From Candidatus Rokuibacteriota bacterium (GTDB lineage: Bacteria > Methylomirabilota > Methylomirabilia > Rokubacteriales > CSP1-6), in the NCBI GenBank assembly GCA_016209635.1, contig JACQWC010000130.1, positions 1 through 60,030 of the forward strand: DNA of 60,030 nt, read 5' to 3'. This document shows positions 25,907 to 36,180 of the stretch, one piece after another (position 1 is the stretch's first letter; the number at the start of each line of letters is the position of its first letter). Position numbers and translations under genes: made by a program. The notes under the pieces are model-generated. The model was given only the letters and a program-made list of their open reading frames with translations. It was not told where the DNA came from and did no database searches.

Positions 25907-27091
25907 ATGACGCGATTCGGGACATGGATGACGGTCCTCGCACTGCTCGCCGCCACCACGACGACGGCCTACGGCCAGGCCCAGCCCGCGGAGAAGCCGA
26001 AGACCCTCCTCGAGGAGATCGCGCTCTTCGCCTACCTCGAGAACAGCTACGTCTGGAACCTCGGCCACACCGGGCGGGGCGACGTGAACGAGCTCCGCTT
26101 CTACGACTTCGACGCCGGCTGGAGCTTCAACATGGCCGAGTTCAGCGTGAAGAAGGAGCCGTCGGAGCGCTATCCCTTCGGGTTCGGGCTCGTCCTGACG
26201 GCCGGTCTGGACGCGCAGAAGAATCACGCGCTCGGCATCTTCCGCGACGACGACGACGCATTTCCGTTCCGGAACACGGCGAAGGTCGACCTCCAGGAAG
26301 CGTACGGGTCCTACAAGATCCCGGTGGGCAGCGGCCTCACCGTGAAGGCCGGAAAGTTCGTCACGCTCCTCGGCTACGAGGTGATCGAGTCGCCGCTCAA
26401 CCTGAACTTCTCCCGGTCCTTCCTGTTCGGGTTCGCGATCCCGCTGACCCACGTCGGGGCGCTCGCCTCGTACGCGTTCACGGACTGGCTCACCGTGACC
26501 GCCGGCCCGGTCGTCGGCTGGGACGTGGCCGACGACAACAACGACACCCTGTCGGTGACGGGCCAGTTCGCGCTGACGCCGCTCAAGGACCTGACGACGA
26601 ACCTCAACTGGATCGTCGGGCCCGAGCAGTTCGACAACAAGACCCACCAGCGGTTCGTGCTCGATTTCGTCGTCAACTACACCGGGATCAAGAACCTCAC
26701 GCTCGGCCTGAACCTCGACATCGGCCACGAGGAGGACGAGCCGTCGCTCGCAGCCTCGGGGACGCGCGCCGGCACGGACGCGAGCTGGTGGGGGTGGGCC
26801 GCGTACGCCGCGTACGACTGGACGGAGAAGCTGCGGACCTCGGCGCGCCTCGAGTACTTCCAGGACCCGGAGGGCGTGCGGACGCTGGCCCTCGGCGCGG
26901 GCTCGAAGGTCTCGCTCTGGGAGGTGACGGCGACGACGCAGTACAAGATCTGGAAGGGCCTCGTCGGGCGGCTCGAGTACCGTCACGACGACGCCGACGA
27001 GAAGGTGTTCAAGGTCCGGGCGCCCGGCCTCGTGCCCACCTCGAAGAGCCAGGACACGCTGACGCTCGCCCTCTACTACTCGTTCTTCTGA
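25907..27091 (+). CDS. Outer-membrane beta-barrel porin (BBP2-like)
   Basis: Signal peptide, [36 protein letters not shown]-terminal Phe. Confidence 0.85.
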   Translation: MTRFGTWMTVLALLAATTTTAYGQAQPAEKPKTLLEEIALFAYLENSYVWNLGHTGRGDVNELRFYDFDAGWSFNMAEFSVKKEPSERYPFGFGLVLTAGLDAQKNHALGIFRDDDDAFPFRNTAKVDLQEAYGSYKIPVGSGLTVKAGKFVTLLGYEVIESPLNLNFSRSFLFGFAIPLTHVGALASYAFTDWLTVTAGPVVGWDVADDNNDTLSVTGQFALTPLKDLTTNLNWIVGPEQFDNKTHQRFVLDFVVNYTGIKNLTLGLNLDIGHEEDEPSLAASGTRAGTDASWWGWAAYAAYDWTEKLRTSARLEYFQDPEGVRTLALGAGSKVSLWEVTATTQYKIWKGLVGRLEYRHDDADEKVFKVRAPGLVPTSKSQDTLTLALYYSFF

Positions 27092-27152
27092 TCGGCTTCG
27101 TCCGACCGGGGGCGTCTTGATCCCGCCGGGAGAATCCTGTATGTGAGAGGCT

Positions 27153-27557
27153 GTGACGCCAATCCGCGTGCTCATCGCCAAGGTCGGCCTCGACGGCCAC
27201 GATCGCGGCGCGAAGGTCGTCGCCCGGGTCCTCCGGGACGCGGGAATGGACGTGATCTACACGGGGCTCCACCGGACGCCCGACGAGGTCGTCGCGGCCG
27301 CCGTCCAGGAAGACGTCGACGTGCTCGGCCTCAGTCTCCTCTCCGGCGCGCACATGACGCTCGTGCCGCGCGTCCTCGACCTGCTCCGGCAGGCCCGCGC
27401 CGAGGACGTTCTTCTGATGGTCGGGGGCGTGATCCCCGACGAGGACGTGCCCGTTCTCCGTCGCATGGGCGTGAGCGAGGTCGTGCTGCAAGACACGCCG
27501 CCCGAGACCATCGTCAATCGCGTCCGCGATCTCGTCGCGACCCGCGAGCGGCGGTAG
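27153..27557 (+). CDS. hcmB: Cobalamin-binding small subunit of 2-hydroxyisobutyryl-CoA mutase
   Basis: [11 protein letters not shown] (DxHxxG), SLLSG, GG, LQDTPP. Confidence 0.85.
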   Translation: MTPIRVLIAKVGLDGHDRGAKVVARVLRDAGMDVIYTGLHRTPDEVVAAAVQEDVDVLGLSLLSGAHMTLVPRVLDLLRQARAEDVLLMVGGVIPDEDVPVLRRMGVSEVVLQDTPPETIVNRVRDLVATRERR

Positions 27558-27562
27558 CGCCG

Positions 27563-29014
27563 GTGGCCGCCATCGACCTCGCGGCCCTCGCGCGCTCGCG
27601 GGGCGTCGATCTCACCGTCTGGCCGCCGCGGTACGATCCTGCCTACCGTCCCGACCCCGGGGCCGAGTGGTGGCTGCCCGAGGTCGAGTGCGCGCCGCCC
27701 GCCGCGCGCGACGAGCTCGTCCTCGCGAAGCTCCAGGCGCAGCTCGGCTGGGCGTGGGAGCGGAGCCCGTTCTACCGCCGGAAGTGGCAGCAGGCGGGCG
27801 TCTCGCCCGCGGCGCTGAAGACCCTCGCCGATCTCGCGCGGTTTCCCGTGGTCCAGAAGGCCGAGCTGCGCGACGCCCAGGCCGCGCATGCGCCGTTCGG
27901 CGACTACCTCTGTGTCGAGCCGGGCGAGGTCGCGCGGATCCACGGCACCAGCGGGACGACCGGGCGACCCACCGTTTTCGGCGTGGGACGCGACGACTGG
28001 GAGCGGATCGGCGAGGCCCACGCGCGCATCCTCTGGGGCGCCGGCATCCGCCCGGACGACCGGGTGATGATCTGCTCGTTCTTCAGCCTCTACATGGGCT
28101 CGTGGGGCGCCCTCAAGGGCGGCGAGCGGCTGGGCGCGACGGTCTTCCCCTTCGGCGCCGGGGTCGCCGGCCAGACGGCCATGGCCGTGCACTGGGCGCA
28201 GGACCTGAGCCCGTCGGCGTTCTACGGCACGCCCTCCTACGCCCTCCACTTCGCGGCCGCGGCGCGGCGGGAGGGCTTCGACCCGCGGAGCTTCGGCTTC
28301 CGGGTCCTCTTCTTCTCCGGGGAGCCCGGCGCCGGCATCCCCGCCACGCGACGGCTGATCGAGGAGACCTTCGGCGGCATCTGCGTCGACATGGGCAGCA
28401 TGGCGGAGATGAGCCCGTGGATGACGAACGCGGAGTGCCGGCACCGCACCGGCATGCACCTCTGGCAGGACCTCGTGTACACGGAGGTCTGCGATCCCGA
28501 GACCTTCCAGCCGGTGGAGTTCGGCCGCGAGGGGACGCCCGTCTACACGCACCTCGAGCGGACGTCGCAGCCGATGATCCGTCTCGTGTCGGGCGACCTC
28601 GCGCGCTGGATCGGGGACCCCTGCCCCTGTGGCCGCACCTATCCGCGGCTGCCCGACGGTCTCTACGGCCGCATCGACGACATGTTCATCGTCCGCGGGG
28701 AGAACATCTACCCGAGCGCCATCGAGGACACGCTGCGCGCGATCGACGGCTTCGGCGGCGAGTTCCGCGTCATCATCTCGCGCCGCGAGGCGATGGACGA
28801 GCTGCTCGTCCGCGCCGAGTACGCGGCCACCCACGCCGATCCGGGAGCCCGGGAGGCGCTCCGGGCGACGATGGGCGAGCGGCTGCGCCTGCGCCTCGGC
28901 GTCCGCCCGGTGCTGGACCTCGTTCCCGCGGGGACGCTTCCGGGGACGGAGTTCAAGGCGCGCCGGGTGGTCGACGACCGCGACCTCTACCGCCGGACCC
29001 TCGGCTCCGCCTGA
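27563..29014 (+). CDS. Phenylacetate-CoA ligase family protein, likely 2-hydroxyisobutyrate-CoA ligase
   Basis: HGTSGTTGRP, GTPSY, SGEPG, GRIDDMFIVRGENIYPS; lies between the mutase subunits. Confidence 0.85.
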   Translation: MAAIDLAALARSRGVDLTVWPPRYDPAYRPDPGAEWWLPEVECAPPAARDELVLAKLQAQLGWAWERSPFYRRKWQQAGVSPAALKTLADLARFPVVQKAELRDAQAAHAPFGDYLCVEPGEVARIHGTSGTTGRPTVFGVGRDDWERIGEAHARILWGAGIRPDDRVMICSFFSLYMGSWGALKGGERLGATVFPFGAGVAGQTAMAVHWAQDLSPSAFYGTPSYALHFAAAARREGFDPRSFGFRVLFFSGEPGAGIPATRRLIEETFGGICVDMGSMAEMSPWMTNAECRHRTGMHLWQDLVYTEVCDPETFQPVEFGREGTPVYTHLERTSQPMIRLVSGDLARWIGDPCPCGRTYPRLPDGLYGRIDDMFIVRGENIYPSAIEDTLRAIDGFGGEFRVIISRREAMDELLVRAEYAATHADPGAREALRATMGERLRLRLGVRPVLDLVPAGTLPGTEFKARRVVDDRDLYRRTLGSA

Positions 29015-29100
29015 GACGGGGAGCCGGCGTATGATCGAGGCGACCGAGCCTCGGGCCCGCGCGCGCCCGACCCGCGCCGCCGGCCCAGGAGGGACATCAC

Positions 29101-30783
29101 ATGTTTGACCGGGAGGCGATCGAGCGGATCGCGGCGCTCCGGCGCCAGTGGGAGGCGAACGAGCTCCACGAGTTCCTCGAGCGCCAGCCGGAGGCCCGGG
29201 GCGAGTACCGGACGGGATCCGGGCTGCCGGTCCAGCGCGTCTACACGCCCGAAGACATCGCGTCCACCCCGTTCGAGGAGATCGGCCTGCCGGGACGCTA
29301 TCCCTTCACGCGCGGGCCCTATCCCACGATGTACCGCGGCCGACTCTGGACCATGCGACAGATCGCCGGCTTCGGCACGGGCAGCGACACCAACCGGCGC
29401 TTCCGCTACCTGATCGAGCACGGGCAGACGGGCCTCTCCGTGGACTTCGACATGCCGACGCTGATGGGGCTCGACTCCGACGACCCACGCTCGCTCGGCG
29501 AGGTCGGCCGCGAGGGGGTCGCGGTCGACACGCTCGACGACGTGGAGGCCCTCTTCGAGGCCATCGATCTCGAGCGGATCTCCGTGTCGATGACGATCAA
29601 CCCGACCGCCTTCATCCTCCTGGCGATGTACGTCGCGCTCGCCCAGGGACGCGGCAACGACCTGAACAAGCTGTCCGGCACGGTCCAGGCGGACATCCTG
29701 AAGGAGTACGTGGCGCAGAAGGAGTGGATTTTCCCGATCCGGCCGTCACTCCGACTCGTCCGCGACATGATCGTCTTCTCCGCCGAGAACCTGGCGCGGT
29801 ACAACCCCATCAACATCAGCGGCTATCACATCTCGGAGGCGGGCGCGACGTCCGTCCAGGAGCTGGCCTTCACGATGGCGAACGCCGTCGCCTACGTCGA
29901 GGAGGTGGCGCGGACCGGCGTGCCGGTCGACCGCTTCGCGCCGCGGCTCGCCTTCTACTTCGTCGCGCAGGCCGACTTCTTCGAGGAGATCGCGAAGTTC
30001 CGCGCCGCGCGGCGGATCTGGGCGAAGCTCATGCGGGAGCGGTTCGGCGCCACGAAGCCCGAGTCGATGCGCCTTCGCTTCCACTGCCAGACGGCCGCCA
30101 TCACGCTGACCAAGGCGCAGCCGCTCAACAACATCGTGCGCACCGCGATCCAGGCGCTCTCGGCAATCCTCGGCGGTGCTCAGTCGCTCCACACCAACGG
30201 GCTCGACGAGGCCTACGCCATCCCGTCGGAGGAGGCGATGAAGGTCGCGTTGCGGACGCAGCAGATCCTCGCGGAGGAGACGCGGGTGACCGGCGTCGTC
30301 GATCCACTCGGCGGCTCCTACTACGTCGAGGCGCTGACGAACCGCGTCGAGGCGGAGGTCTTCGACATCCTCCGGAAGGTGGACGCGATGGGCGGGACCA
30401 TCCGGGCCATCGAGGAGGGCTACTTCCAGCGGGAGATCGCCGACTCGGCGTACGACTTCGCCCGCCGCAAGGCGTCCGGCGCCGAGACCGTGATCGGGGT
30501 GAACAAGTTCGTCGAGCCCGCGGAGCCCGCGCCGCTCGAGATTCACCGCGTCCCGCTGGAGGTCGAGGCGCGCCAGGTGGCGCGGCTGGCAGAGGTCCGC
30601 CGGCGGCGGGACGGGACCCGGGTGGCGACGCTGCTGGACCGGCTCGAGTCCCTGGCCCGCGACCCCGCGGCCAACCTGATGCCGGTGACGGTCGAGCTGG
30701 TCAGGGCGCGCGCGACGCTCGGGGAGATCGTCGCCCGGCTCCGGCAGGTCTGGGGGGCTTACGCGGAGACGCCCGCGTTCTGA
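29101..30783 (+). CDS. hcmA: 2-hydroxyisobutyryl-CoA mutase large subunit
   Basis: Acyl-CoA mutase fold with [10 protein letters not shown] (Ile, not Tyr/Phe), [28 protein letters not shown]. Confidence 0.88.
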   Translation: MFDREAIERIAALRRQWEANELHEFLERQPEARGEYRTGSGLPVQRVYTPEDIASTPFEEIGLPGRYPFTRGPYPTMYRGRLWTMRQIAGFGTGSDTNRRFRYLIEHGQTGLSVDFDMPTLMGLDSDDPRSLGEVGREGVAVDTLDDVEALFEAIDLERISVSMTINPTAFILLAMYVALAQGRGNDLNKLSGTVQADILKEYVAQKEWIFPIRPSLRLVRDMIVFSAENLARYNPINISGYHISEAGATSVQELAFTMANAVAYVEEVARTGVPVDRFAPRLAFYFVAQADFFEEIAKFRAARRIWAKLMRERFGATKPESMRLRFHCQTAAITLTKAQPLNNIVRTAIQALSAILGGAQSLHTNGLDEAYAIPSEEAMKVALRTQQILAEETRVTGVVDPLGGSYYVEALTNRVEAEVFDILRKVDAMGGTIRAIEEGYFQREIADSAYDFARRKASGAETVIGVNKFVEPAEPAPLEIHRVPLEVEARQVARLAEVRRRRDGTRVATLLDRLESLARDPAANLMPVTVELVRARATLGEIVARLRQVWGAYAETPAF

Positions 30784-30808
30784 GGGCGGCCAGCGGCCAC
30801 CGACGAGC

Positions 30809-31125
30809 GGCCGGATCGACATCCTCGTGAACAACGCCGCGCGCTTCGCCACCCTGCGGCCCCGGCCCTTCGACGCGATCCCGGAGGCGGAGCGGGACCG
30901 CGTGATGGCCGTGAACGTGAAGGGCATCTGGCGGTGATCGGGCTGACGCGCGCGCTCGCCCGCGAGCTCGGGGAGCCACGGGATCGAGGTGAACGCGGTC
31001 GCGCCGGGCCTGACGCTGAGCGACACCCTCCGCCGGAACCCCGCGATGGCGGGCTTCCAGGCCAGGGCGGTCCTCGAGTCGCACGCCTTCAAGCGCGACG
31101 CCGTGCCCGAGGACGTGGGGGGACG
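30809..31125 (+). pseudogene. SDR oxidoreductase remnant with deletions and frameshifts
   Basis: Pieces GRIDILVNNAA...VNVKGIW, VIGLTRALARELG and VNAVAPGLT broken by a deletion and frame changes; no Rossmann N-terminus or YxxxK. Confidence 0.8.
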
Positions 31126-31153
31126 ATTCCATCCTTGCCCTCCTCGGCGTGCC

Positions 31154-31426
31154 CTCGTCCTCGGCACCTTCATGGACGGCTTCTCGATGATGGTGACGAC
31201 GATCCCGGTGATCCTGCCCATCCTCAAGACCCAGAACGTCGATCTCGTGTGGTTCGGGGTGATCGCCACGATCCTGACTGAGACGGCGCTGATCTCGCCG
31301 CCCGAAGGCCTGAACGTCTACGTGAGCGTGATACCATTCTTCGTCATGATGATCGTCGCCAGCGTCATCCTGATGGTCTTCCCGCAGATCGCGCTCTTGC
31401 TCCCCACCACGATGAAGGGGAACTGA
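31154..31426 (+). pseudogene. TRAP transporter large permease (DctM) C-terminal remnant
   Basis: LGTFMD, DLVWFGV, ISPPEGLNVYV, FPQIALLLP. Confidence 0.8.
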
Positions 31427-31447
31427 GGCGACCGCGGCGCGAAGCCC

Positions 31448-32581
31448 GTGGTGACCGGCACCGGGCTGACGGGCACGGTGCGGGCGGCGGTCCTGGTCCG
31501 GCCGCGGACGATCGAAATCCGCGAGCTCCCCCTGCCCCCGCTCGGCCCCGACGACGGGCTGCTGCGCGTCGAGGCCTGCGGGATCTGCGGCACCGACTAC
31601 GAGCAGTACGAGGGCGACGTGCCGCCCCACGACTACTACACGCCCTTCCCCGTGATCCCCGGTCACGAGCCGCTCGGCGTGATCGCCGCCATCGGCGCGC
31701 GGGCGCGCGAGCGCTGGGGCGTGGACGTCGGCGACCGGGTGGCCGTACGCTCGGGCTACGGCTGCGGGCGCTGCGAGGCGTGCGCACGCTCCGAGCCCCG
31801 GTCGTGCCGGGTGCGCGGCGGGACCTACGGCTTCACCGACGTGGGTAAGCCGCCGTCGCTCTGGGGCGGCTACGCCGACTATATGTACCTCGCGCCGCTC
31901 TCCGTCGTGCGCCGAATCGACCGGGCGCTGCCGGCGGAAGTGGCCGTGATGTTCAACCCCCTCGCCGCCGGGATCTCTTGGGCGGCCTCGGTGCCCCGCA
32001 CCCGCCCCGGCGACCGCGTCGCCATCCTGGGACCGGGTCAGCGCGGCCTCTGCGCCGTGGTCGCGGCGCGCGAGGCCGGCGCGGCCCAGGTCATCGTCAC
32101 CGGGCTCGGCCGCGACGCCCACAAGCTCCGGCTGGCGCGTGACCTTGGCGCCGACCTCGCCATCGACGTGGAGCGCGAGGACGTGGTGGCGCGCGTGCGC
32201 GAAACGACCGGCGGCGGCGCCGACGTCGTGGTCGACACCACGCCGCTAGCGCCCGAGTCCGTCGCGCAGGCGGTGGCGATGGCGGCGCGGCGCGCGCGCA
32301 TCGTGCTCGCCGGGCTCAAGGGACGCCGCGCCACGCCGGGCTTCTTTTCCGACGACGTCGTCTACAAGGAGCTGAGCCTGCAGGGCGTGCTCGGCATGCC
32401 CTACGAGGACTTCGAGCGGGCGGTGGAAATCCTCGAGTCGCGCCGGTACCCGTTCGAGAAGCTCCACACGCACTCGTTCCCCGTCGAGCAGGCCGAGCAG
32501 GCGATCCGCACGCTGGCGAGCGGCGCCGGGGGCGCCATCCACGTCGCGATTGTCCCCGGCGCGCCGCCGCAGGCGGCCTGA
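31448..32581 (+). CDS. Zinc-dependent alcohol dehydrogenase (MDR)
   Basis: CGICGTD, GHE, CGRCEAC...C, GPGQRG. Confidence 0.9.
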   Translation: MVTGTGLTGTVRAAVLVRPRTIEIRELPLPPLGPDDGLLRVEACGICGTDYEQYEGDVPPHDYYTPFPVIPGHEPLGVIAAIGARARERWGVDVGDRVAVRSGYGCGRCEACARSEPRSCRVRGGTYGFTDVGKPPSLWGGYADYMYLAPLSVVRRIDRALPAEVAVMFNPLAAGISWAASVPRTRPGDRVAILGPGQRGLCAVVAAREAGAAQVIVTGLGRDAHKLRLARDLGADLAIDVEREDVVARVRETTGGGADVVVDTTPLAPESVAQAVAMAARRARIVLAGLKGRRATPGFFSDDVVYKELSLQGVLGMPYEDFERAVEILESRRYPFEKLHTHSFPVEQAEQAIRTLASGAGGAIHVAIVPGAPPQAA

Positions 32582-32623
32582 GCCGCGCCGCGAGACCGTC
32601 GGCGCCCTGATCGCCTCGCCACT

Positions 32624-33061
32624 TCAGCTCGCGCGACCCGGTCCAGGCTCCCCGCGCGCGCGCCGGAAGCGCGGCAGCGTGACCTCCGGCGTGACGTCGT
32701 CGAAGACGACCTCGACGGGCAACCCGACGCGGATCTTTTCGTTCGGGACGTCCACCAGATTCGCGGTGAGCCGGGGCCCTTCCTCGAGCTCGACCTGGAC
32801 GACGTGGTAGGGAATTTCGTCGGCGAACGACGGGAAGTACGGCTTGTGGAAGACCACCCACGTCGTGACCGTGCCCCGCCCGCTGACCGGCGTCCACGCG
32901 AAGCGGTCGGACAGGCAGTCGGGGCAGACGGGGCTCGGCGGGTAGCGGAACCGCCCGCACGCCGCACAGCGCTGCAGGGAGAGCTCGTGGCGGCGCACCG
33001 CTTCCCAGAAGTCCTGGTTATCGGGCGTGATCCTCGGCAGCGGCTTCGCGTATCCGCTCAT
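32624..33061 (-). CDS. DUF35 Zn-ribbon/OB-fold protein
   Basis: FWEA, QRCAACG, CPDC, SGRGTV, VELEEGPR. Confidence 0.9.
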   Translation of the reverse strand: MSGYAKPLPRITPDNQDFWEAVRRHELSLQRCAACGRFRYPPSPVCPDCLSDRFAWTPVSGRGTVTTWVVFHKPYFPSFADEIPYHVVQVELEEGPRLTANLVDVPNEKIRVGLPVEVVFDDVTPEVTLPRFRRARGEPGPGRAS

Positions 33062-33083
33062 CGTCGGCGCCCTTGGGGTCCTT

Positions 33084-34271
33084 TCACCGCCGGAACACCA
33101 CCGAGTCGCCCCAGGCGGTGGCCCACTGCATGACACGCGCGCCCTCGACCTGGCGCGCCCCGCACTCGCCGCGCAGCTGGCGGACGATCTCCACGATCGA
33201 GTTCCAGCCCGACACGTGGGCCTCCGACAGGAGGCCGCCCGAGGTGTTCATGGGGAGCGCGCCGCCCAGCCCGATGCGTCCGTCCTGCACCCAGACGGCG
33301 GCCTCGCCGAGCCCGCAGAATCCGAAGCGCTCCAGCACGAAGAGCACGAGCGGCGAGAAGGCGTCGTAGGTGTAGAGCCCATCGACGTCCTGCTGCGTGA
33401 CACCAGCCATCCGGTAGACGAGCAGCTCGTCGTCGGTCGGCGTGTAAGGGAAGCGCCGCTGCTTGCCGATGCCGAGCCCGGGCAGCCCGAACAGGAACTC
33501 GTCGCGCCCGGCGCGCATGCCCTGCATTCCTGCCAGGAGCACCGGCGGCCGGGCGCCGTCACGCGCACGCTCGGCGGTGGTGACGAGCACGCAGGCGGCG
33601 CCGTCGGAGACCACGCAGCAGTCGTAAAGGTGGAGTGGCTCGACGATCCAGCGCGAGCGCTGGTGCGCCTCCAGCGTGAGCGGCTTCTGCATGAGCGCTT
33701 GTGGATTCAGGAGCGCGTGGCGGCGGAACGTGATCGGCACGGCCGCGAGCTGGGCGCTGGTGGCGCCGTAGAGGGCCATGTAGCGCCGGAACGACAGCGC
33801 GGCCCCGGCCGCGGGCGCGGTGAGGCCGTAGACCGGGTTCTCCTCGTGGGTGCCGCCCTCCTCGCGCGTGCCCTCGAAGTCCCCGGGGCCGCCGAGCAGC
33901 CCGCGCTGCTGGGTGAAGCTCACCGCGCACATGCAGGCCACGCACGTGGCGAGCCCCGAGGCGACGGCCATGGCCGCGTGCTGGAGGCTCGGCCCCACGA
34001 AGCGCCCGTGCGTCCAGGTCTGGTCGGCGAAGCGGAGGCGCAGACCGACGACCTCGGCGAAGCGGTCGTAGTCGACGCCGAGCGGCCAGCCGATGTTGAT
34101 GGCGACGCCGTCCACCACGTCCCGGTCGAGGCCGGCGTCGGCGAGCGCCGCCTTGAAGGCCTGGACGGCGAGCTCCATCGGGCTCGACTCGGCCCTGAGG
34201 CTGAAGCGGCTCACCCCGACGCCGGCGATGGCCGTCCGGTCCCGGATGGTCCGCGTGGCGGCGTCGGTCAT
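33084..34271 (-). CDS. Thiolase-superfamily protein (SCP2/Ltp2 type)
   Basis: TAIAGVG, DCCVVSDGA, YDAF, NTSGGLLSEAH, RQLRG. Confidence 0.88.
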   Translation of the reverse strand: MTDAATRTIRDRTAIAGVGVSRFSLRAESSPMELAVQAFKAALADAGLDRDVVDGVAINIGWPLGVDYDRFAEVVGLRLRFADQTWTHGRFVGPSLQHAAMAVASGLATCVACMCAVSFTQQRGLLGGPGDFEGTREEGGTHEENPVYGLTAPAAGAALSFRRYMALYGATSAQLAAVPITFRRHALLNPQALMQKPLTLEAHQRSRWIVEPLHLYDCCVVSDGAACVLVTTAERARDGARPPVLLAGMQGMRAGRDEFLFGLPGLGIGKQRRFPYTPTDDELLVYRMAGVTQQDVDGLYTYDAFSPLVLFVLERFGFCGLGEAAVWVQDGRIGLGGALPMNTSGGLLSEAHVSGWNSIVEIVRQLRGECGARQVEGARVMQWATAWGDSVVFRR

Positions 34272-34320
34272 GCCACCGTCTCTCCCAGCGGGGCGAGCCT
34301 CCGCGGCGCCACCACCGCTC

Positions 34321-35943
34321 TCACCGCGGATCTTGCGCGAGCTCGGCGGCCAGCGTCTCGCGCAGCCGGTGCTTCTGCACCTTGCCCGACGCGGTCAGCG
34401 GCAGCTCGGCGCGGGTCACGAACCGGAAGTGCTGCGGCACCTTGAAGGCAGCCAGCGCCTTCCGGCAGAAGGCGCGGAGGTCGTCGGCCGACACGCGCTG
34501 CTCCTCCTTGAGCACGATCACCGCGGCGACCGCCTCCTCCTTGCGCGGGTCCGGCACGCCGACCACGTACGCCTGCTCGACGTCGGGATGGGTGAGGAGG
34601 ACTTCCTCCACCTCGAGCGGGGCGACGTTGATCCCGCCCGTCTTGACCATCTCCTTGATCCGCCCGCGGAACGAGAGCCGTCCGTCGGCGTCGATCAGGC
34701 CGAAGTCGCCAGTGAGAAACCAGCCGTCGGCGTCGAACGCCGCCGCGTTCTTCTCGGGGTCCTTGTAGTAACCCGGCATCAGGTAGCCGCGGATGCCGAT
34801 CTCGCCAACCTCGCCTGGCGGCAGTGGCCGGTGCGTCCGGGGGTCGGCGATCCTGATCTCCGTGCCCGGCAGCGGGCGGCCGACGGTGTGCAGGCGCACC
34901 TCGACCGGGTCGCGCGCGTCCGTCAGCGCGCAGTTGCCGTAACACTCGGTGAGTCCGTAAACGTTGCAGATCTCGGCGGCGCCGATGTCCATCACCATCT
35001 GCATGGCGGGGGGCGGACCGATGGCGGCGCCGGTGCGGAGCGAGCGGAGGTCTCGGCGGCGGCGCTCGGGGTGCTCCCAGAGCGCGAGGGCGATGTTCGG
35101 CGTGCCGTAGTAGACGCTGCAGCGCTCGCGCGCGATCAGCGCGAGCGCCTCCCCGGGCTCGAAGTGGTCCTGGAGGACCACCGCGCCACCGTGGGTCATC
35201 ACGGCGAGGAGCGCGTTCTCGCAACCGAAGCCCCAGAAGAGCGACACGCCGAGCCAGAGGCGATCCGCCTCGGTGAGGTGCTGACGCTCGCCGATGTTGA
35301 ACATGTTCTCGATGAGGCCGAAGTGCTGGAGCGGCACGCCCTTCGGCGTCGACGTCGTCCCCGAGGTGTAGAGGATGTAGGCGACGTCGCGCGGCTCGAC
35401 CGCGCGCTGGCGCGCCCAGAGGTCGGCGTCGCTGATCCCAGCGCCCAGCGCCTCGAGGTCAGAAAAAGGTGTGAGGCCCCGGTACCGCTCGGCGCCCAGG
35501 CAGATTACGTGACGCAGCTCGGGGCCGCCCGGCGCCTGACCGCGGCCTGCCGTCGGCGCCGCTCCGGCCTCCGCCAGCACGGCGAGGAAGTCCCGGCCGC
35601 GGAAGCGGTCGACGGTGATCAGCGTCGCCGCGTCGGAGTGCCGGAGCACGTAGGCCAGCTCGCGCCCCGTCGACCACGTGCTGACGGGCACCAGCGTCGC
35701 TCCGAGCATCGTGACGGCGAAGTCGGCCAGGAGCCATTCCGTGCGGTTCTCCATGAGGAGCGCGACCTTGTCGCCGCGCTCGACGCCGAGCGCGAGAAGC
35801 CCCTTCGCGAGCTGCCGCACCCGCGCGCGGTAGTCTCGGTAGACCAGTCGCTCCTTGCCCCACACCACCGCCTCTCGGTCGGGATAGCGCGCGGCCATCT
35901 CGTCGAGGAGGTCGGGGAGGGTACGGCTCTGCGGTATGTCCAC
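34321..35943 (-). CDS. Acyl-CoA synthetase (AMP-binding)
   Basis: YTSGTTSTPKG, YGLTE, TGD, GRIKEMVKTGG, SGKVQK. Confidence 0.93.
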   Translation of the reverse strand: MDIPQSRTLPDLLDEMAARYPDREAVVWGKERLVYRDYRARVRQLAKGLLALGVERGDKVALLMENRTEWLLADFAVTMLGATLVPVSTWSTGRELAYVLRHSDAATLITVDRFRGRDFLAVLAEAGAAPTAGRGQAPGGPELRHVICLGAERYRGLTPFSDLEALGAGISDADLWARQRAVEPRDVAYILYTSGTTSTPKGVPLQHFGLIENMFNIGERQHLTEADRLWLGVSLFWGFGCENALLAVMTHGGAVVLQDHFEPGEALALIARERCSVYYGTPNIALALWEHPERRRRDLRSLRTGAAIGPPPAMQMVMDIGAAEICNVYGLTECYGNCALTDARDPVEVRLHTVGRPLPGTEIRIADPRTHRPLPPGEVGEIGIRGYLMPGYYKDPEKNAAAFDADGWFLTGDFGLIDADGRLSFRGRIKEMVKTGGINVAPLEVEEVLLTHPDVEQAYVVGVPDPRKEEAVAAVIVLKEEQRVSADDLRAFCRKALAAFKVPQHFRFVTRAELPLTASGKVQKHRLRETLAAELAQDPR

Positions 35944-35960
35944 CGGATCCCTCGCTCACC

Positions 35961-36180
35961 TCACCCCTGTGCCCCGGCTGCCGGGAGGTCGACGCCGCAC
36001 ACGCCCCGCGCCACCTCGGTCGAGATCTTCTTTTCCCGGAGATCGCGCGCTACCAGCGTGCCGTCCCGCTCGCCGGATGGGCCGTAGCCGCCCGCCCCCG
36101 GTGTGATGATCGTCACCGCGTCGCCCTCGACACCGAGCCTCGCCTTCAGTTCGGGATCCCTCTCGGTCTTGCGGGTCACG
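35961..36180 (-). pseudogene. C-terminal remnant of a hydantoinase B/oxoprolinase
   Basis: GDAVTIITPGAGGYG...RD...DLREKKIS...GV, paralleling the end of the 39868-43683 protein. Confidence 0.7.

Noticed and set aside
29101-30783. Ordinary methylmalonyl-CoA mutase
   Set aside because: It lacks the Tyr and Arg carboxylate-binding residues (has RQIAG and AQKE).
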